Assembly: GCF_032191835.1 (NCBI RefSeq)
Contig: NC_083243.1
Span: forward strand, 67,270,001 to 67,334,000
Source: Heteronotia binoei
Taxonomy: Eukaryota
Reading direction: 5' to 3'
Length of the DNA: 64,000 bases
Shown: positions 59,790 to 64,000 of the stretch, in pieces
Layout of the letters: every line of letters starts with the position of its first letter
How positions within the stretch are numbered: position 1 is the first letter of the stretch
Made by a program: the position numbers and the translations under genes
The notes under the pieces: model-generated
Seen by the model: the letters and a program-made list of their open reading frames with translations, nothing else
The model's database searches: none
Told to the model about the DNA's origin: nothing

Positions 59790-62700
59790 ATGTCTGAGTT
59801 GAAATTAATCTCTCTTAATTGTAGAGGCCTTAATAATGTTATTAAGGCCAAAAGACTCTCCTCTGCGTTAACAAAATTACAACCTGACCTTCTTTTTTTA
59901 CAGGAAACCCATATTAAAAAGACAAACTCAGACATCCTTCGTTCAAAATGGTTCCAAACACAGTTTATAGCTGCTGGCTCATCGAAGTCACGTGGCGTTG
60001 CTATTATACTATCTAGGAGAACTAGATTTGTCCTTTTGGCCCAAGAAGTTGACCCTCAGGGAAGATATATTTTCGTTAAGGGTATGCTTAATGATTCTTT
60101 ATTTACTTTGGCTTCCCTATACGCCCCCAACTCAGCATAACTTACCTTCATAAAGTCCACTTTATCTAGACTTGCCCTCTTCCAGGAGGGGGCAGTTGTT
60201 ATAGGTGGTGATTTTAACCAGATAATTGACCCTATCTGGGATAGATCTTTCAAGTCGCACCCCCCCACAACTGTTCCCTCCGCACCCCTGCAAACCATTT
60301 TTCAAAATTTTAATTTATGTGATATCTGGAGAATTCACAACCCTGGAGTTAAGGATTACACGTATTTTTCAGCTGTCCACAATATTTTTACAAGAATAGA
60401 CTATTTCCTTATTTCTCCCTCTTTATTGAACCAAATTTCCCATACTAATATTGGCCTCAGAACTCTCTCTGACCACGCTTGGTTAGAGTGCACGTTAAGT
60501 ACTGCCTCCCAGGATAAACCTTGTTATAATTGGTCATTGAATAGGTCACTTCTTTTAAATCAAGAATTTTGCACACAAATTGAGCAAGAGATCAATCTTT
60601 ATTTTGAAAACAATTCTGAGTGCGGGGTCTCTGCCGACATTGTTTGGGATGCAATGAAGGCTGTTCTGCGAGGCAAGTGTATTTCTTTGAATTCGGCCTA
60701 CAAAAAAAGAAAATTGGAGCTTAGCCAACATCTATTGGATAACATCAAATTATTAGAACAAAAGCATAAACAAACCTGTTCAAAAAAGATTTACCACAAA
60801 CTCTTGTTAGAAAGGAAAAAGTTAGATCTAATGGAATCCTCTACCATCAGGAAGAACCTTCTTTTTTAAAAACAGAGGTATTGGTACAATCACCCTCGCT
60901 CATTGAAATTATTATCTTGGAAACTCAGAAAAGAACTAGGGGAGAGACAAATTAATGTTATCATGGATCACACTGGTAAAAGGCATTCTTCTAATAAAAA
61001 AATCCTAGATGTTTTCCATGATTATTTTCAAAAGTTGTATACTTCAACTAATCCTTCTCCTTCTTCAATAGATCACCTATTACAGAACCAACCCATTCTT
61101 AATCGCCTATCACATGATCACCAACACTTTTTGGACTCTCCCATCTCCCCCATAGAGGTGCTTGACGCTATCAAATCTTCTAAGCCTAACAAAACACCAG
61201 GTAGGGATGGCTTGCCTTCAGAGTTTTACAAAAAATTTGGCCAGTCCCTAACTTCCCACTTTACTTCGATCTGTAATCTAGTGTTGGAGACTGGTTGTAT
61301 GCCCTCTTCATGGTCTCAGGCGAAAATAATTCTCATACCCCAAAAAGATAAAGACCTCTTAAATACCAAATCCTATCGCCCTATTTCTTTACTTAATAAC
61401 GACTATAAGTTATTTACATCCATCTTAACAGCTAGACTGAACAAAATCATTGGTTCCTACATCCATATAAATCAATCAGGATTTATACCAAACCGTGACA
61501 TTACAGACAATACGAGACAAACAATTAACCTAATTCAATATTGTACCTTCCAAAACTTTGAATCTTGTATTTTAGCCCTGGACATTGAAAAGGCCTTTGA
61601 TAGCATAGAACCACTTTTTCTTCGCATGGTCCTATACCATATGGGCTTTGGCCCAAAATTTATGAAGGTTATTGATTCCCTTTATTTGGACCCATCAGCC
61701 TTTTTACAAGTTAACGGTCAACAGTCCTCTGCGTTCAGTCTGGAGAGAGGGACACGCCAAGGCTGTCCCCTCTCTCCGGTTTTATTTGCATTGGTTATTG
61801 AACCGTTCGCAAACCTGATTCGTCTTTCTCCTGAAATCCCAGGCTTGTCGGTTCAAGGCTCCACATTTAAAATTAGCTTATTTGCCGATGACATAGTTTT
61901 ATATATTTCAAATCCTCTGCAATCCTTAGACGCTATCTCCACTCTTTTAGACAATTTTGGTAAACTCTCTGGACTCCAAGTCAACCATTCTAAATCTATT
62001 CTTTACCCAATCAATATTTTTCCTAACTCAAAGAAAGAAATATCCACCAAATATCCCTTCCATTGGGTAACTGAAAACTGGCCATATTTAGGGCTAAAAA
62101 TCCCTTTAAATCTCTCCAATTTATTAAAGACAAATTATAGTGCCACTTTATCAGACATTTCTATTACTTTGAAACAGTGGGACAAATTGCAACTGTTCTG
62201 GATGGAAAGAATCCAAACGGTCAAATCCTTTATTTTCCCACGTTTGTTATATCTGTTTCGGGCCCTTCCCATTGTGATACCTCAAAAGATGTTAAACTCC
62301 TGGCAACAAACCTTGACTTCCTTCATTTGGAAGTACAAAAAAGCCAGAATCAAACTAACTACTATTTGCAGATCTAGAGCAAAAGGAGGTCTGGCGGTCC
62401 CAGACATTACTCGCTACTACAAAGCTGTTATTCTCTCCCAAATGACTAAAATTTTATATCAGCGCCCTCCCCCAGCATGGGCACTTATTGAAGAGGCCCA
62501 TTTTACTCCCCTTAAATATTACGAACTATTATGGCTCAAGAAAAATGACCGTCCTTTGTGGCATTTTGTAAACCCATTTCTTAAGGCACTTCTTTCTACA
62601 TGGGATTCAGAACGTTCTTACCTTGCCCCAGGTTTTTCTATCATTGCTTCGTTTATCGGTCAAAAATGGTTTCTCCCGGCCCAACTCCCCTCTTCTTTTA

Positions 62701-63638
62701 AAACTTGGCGAGACTCCTCAATTGTCTTCCTTTTTGACCTCCTTTCCTCTTCTAGGCAAATTCTACCCAAAGATAAATTAGACCAAAAATTACTAACCCC
62801 ATTGCCTTGGTTCCAATATTTCCAAATTAGATATCTTCTCCAAGACACCCAACTAAAATCGTCACTTTCCCGCCCAACGACAGATTTTGAACATTTGATT
62901 CTCCATTTGCAAGATAACGTGCAGTCAAAGGGGCTTATTTCACGAATATTTCGTATCCTTCTTACCAAATTGGAATCCTCACTTCCCTCTTACACGGCCC
63001 TTTGGCATAGGGACTGCGGGACCATACTTTCTCCAGACCAATGGGACTCTATCTGGGCTAGCGAAATTCTACACTCCAACATAATAAATATTTCACAACA
63101 GAACTTCAAACTTATGGCCCGTTGGTACCTTACTCCTACCCAACTTTCACATATGGTCACCTCGAACTCCCCTGATTGTTGGAGAGACTGTGGTCTCAAA
63201 GCCTCCTACATTCATTGCTGGTGGGATTGCCCCCAAATAAGACCCTTTTGGACTGCAATCTGCTCTCACCTTTCAACTTTATTGGATACCATAATTCCTG
63301 AAGACCCCACTGTGATACTTCTTAATCATTGGCCCGGTTCTAAATTGTCACCTTCGAAAAGATCTCTAATTGCCAAACTTTAAACAGCTGCAAAAACAAC
63401 GGTAGCCCAATCTTGGAAAAACGCTAACAACTTGTCCCTTGATACCTGGCTCCTGAAAATTTGGGACCATATAGCAATGGACAAAATCCAGGCGACATTA
63501 GACACTATTGACCCCTACCAGGCTTATTCCAAGTATATAGCGACCTGGTTCCCTATCTTAGAAAAAATCGATAGTGATCCATTTTATATTAATTCTTACA
63601 ACAAATCTAAATTATATAAAGTTTTTTTGTGGCTATAA
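59790..63638 (+). pseudogene. ORF2: L1 ORF2p (APE, RT, CCHC), 1283 codons with three in-frame TAA stops and no frameshift
   Basis: SLNCRGL, LQETH, GGDFN, RIDY, SDH; YRPISLLN, LDIEKAFD, RQGCPLSP, FADD, YLG; CWRDC...HCWWDC. Stops at 60138, 60867 and 63381; the track ORF pieces share one frame. Confidence 0.95.
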
Positions 63639-63826
63639 TTTACTTTAATATATTTAACTATGTAAGCCTACTATTGGTTTTTCTCCTTTATTTTCTATGT
63701 TTAATGTGTGTTATTGTATTGGTTATTTTTATTAATGTATGTAACTTTTATACTTATCTATGATATGTTCATTTTCAGAATTTTCATTAATAAAATCATT
63801 TGAAATTTTAAAAAAAAATGATAAGG

Positions 63827-64000
63827 GGTGCAAGACACTGCGGGCCATGCCAATGGAGGAGTAACTGGCATTTGGCCCCCCCATAGCAGAACTCCGGCTA
63901 ACACCGCCGGTGGTGTATGCTCATGAGCGGCCGCCGCCCCTCCCGTGGCTGGAGGCACCTGGCCCCACCCTGCTTGCATACACTGTGCACGCCCCATTGG
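63827..64000 (-). mobile_element. Ngaro element continued (5' part of gag), running off the window
   Basis: GC-rich sequence beyond the L1 TSD; its reading frame (...VSCTPYH) joins gag in frame across the TSD. Confidence 0.85.

Larger units (their letters stand above)
57938..63817 (+). mobile_element. Full-length L1 LINE (5880 bp)
   Basis: 9-bp TSD ATGATAAGG at 57929-57937 and 63818-63826; GC-box-containing 5' UTR, ORF1, 763-bp spacer, ORF2, AATAAA at about 63789 and a short poly(A). Confidence 0.96.

Noticed and set aside
1-64000. Prokaryotic systems (CRISPR arrays, operons, defence islands) and true tRNA or rRNA genes
   Set aside because: The DNA is vertebrate. The only short regular repeats are micro- and minisatellites, and the tRNA- and 5S-like segments are SINE heads.

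Overview
This is eukaryotic DNA from a squamate reptile, most likely a gecko. That is inferred from tRNA-derived Squam1-like SINEs, a BovB fragment, CR1/L2 tails and many hAT MITEs; no database check was possible. I could not support any host protein-coding gene, so the window reads as intronic or intergenic DNA dominated by nested transposons. One assembly gap lies at 25905-26180. Main elements: (1) two copies of one RTE-clade LINE, a partial copy at 1394-2776 (+) and a full-length copy at 44836-48721 (-) with a 12-bp TSD; (2) decayed Vingi-like, L2, CR1, RTE and BovB LINE fragments; (3) a Mag-type Ty3/Gypsy remnant inside a CR1, with a hAT MITE in its LTR; (4) a Penelope-like element (PLE) with an inverted, internally deleted 5' segment, nested in a Charlie/Buster MITE; (5) an Ngaro-type tyrosine-recombinase retrotransposon (gag, RT/RH, YR, SGNH hydrolase) whose gag is split by a full-length L1 with a 9-bp TSD; (6) about ten hAT MITEs with 8-bp TSDs and two putative solo LTRs. 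The three most unusual signals are a perfect 161-bp palindrome centred on stem II of a PLE-type hammerhead ribozyme (24359-24519), a splice-acceptor-like signal with a YR-matching reading frame in front of the Ngaro SGNH hydrolase, and a 178-codon ORF in the L1 inter-ORF spacer.
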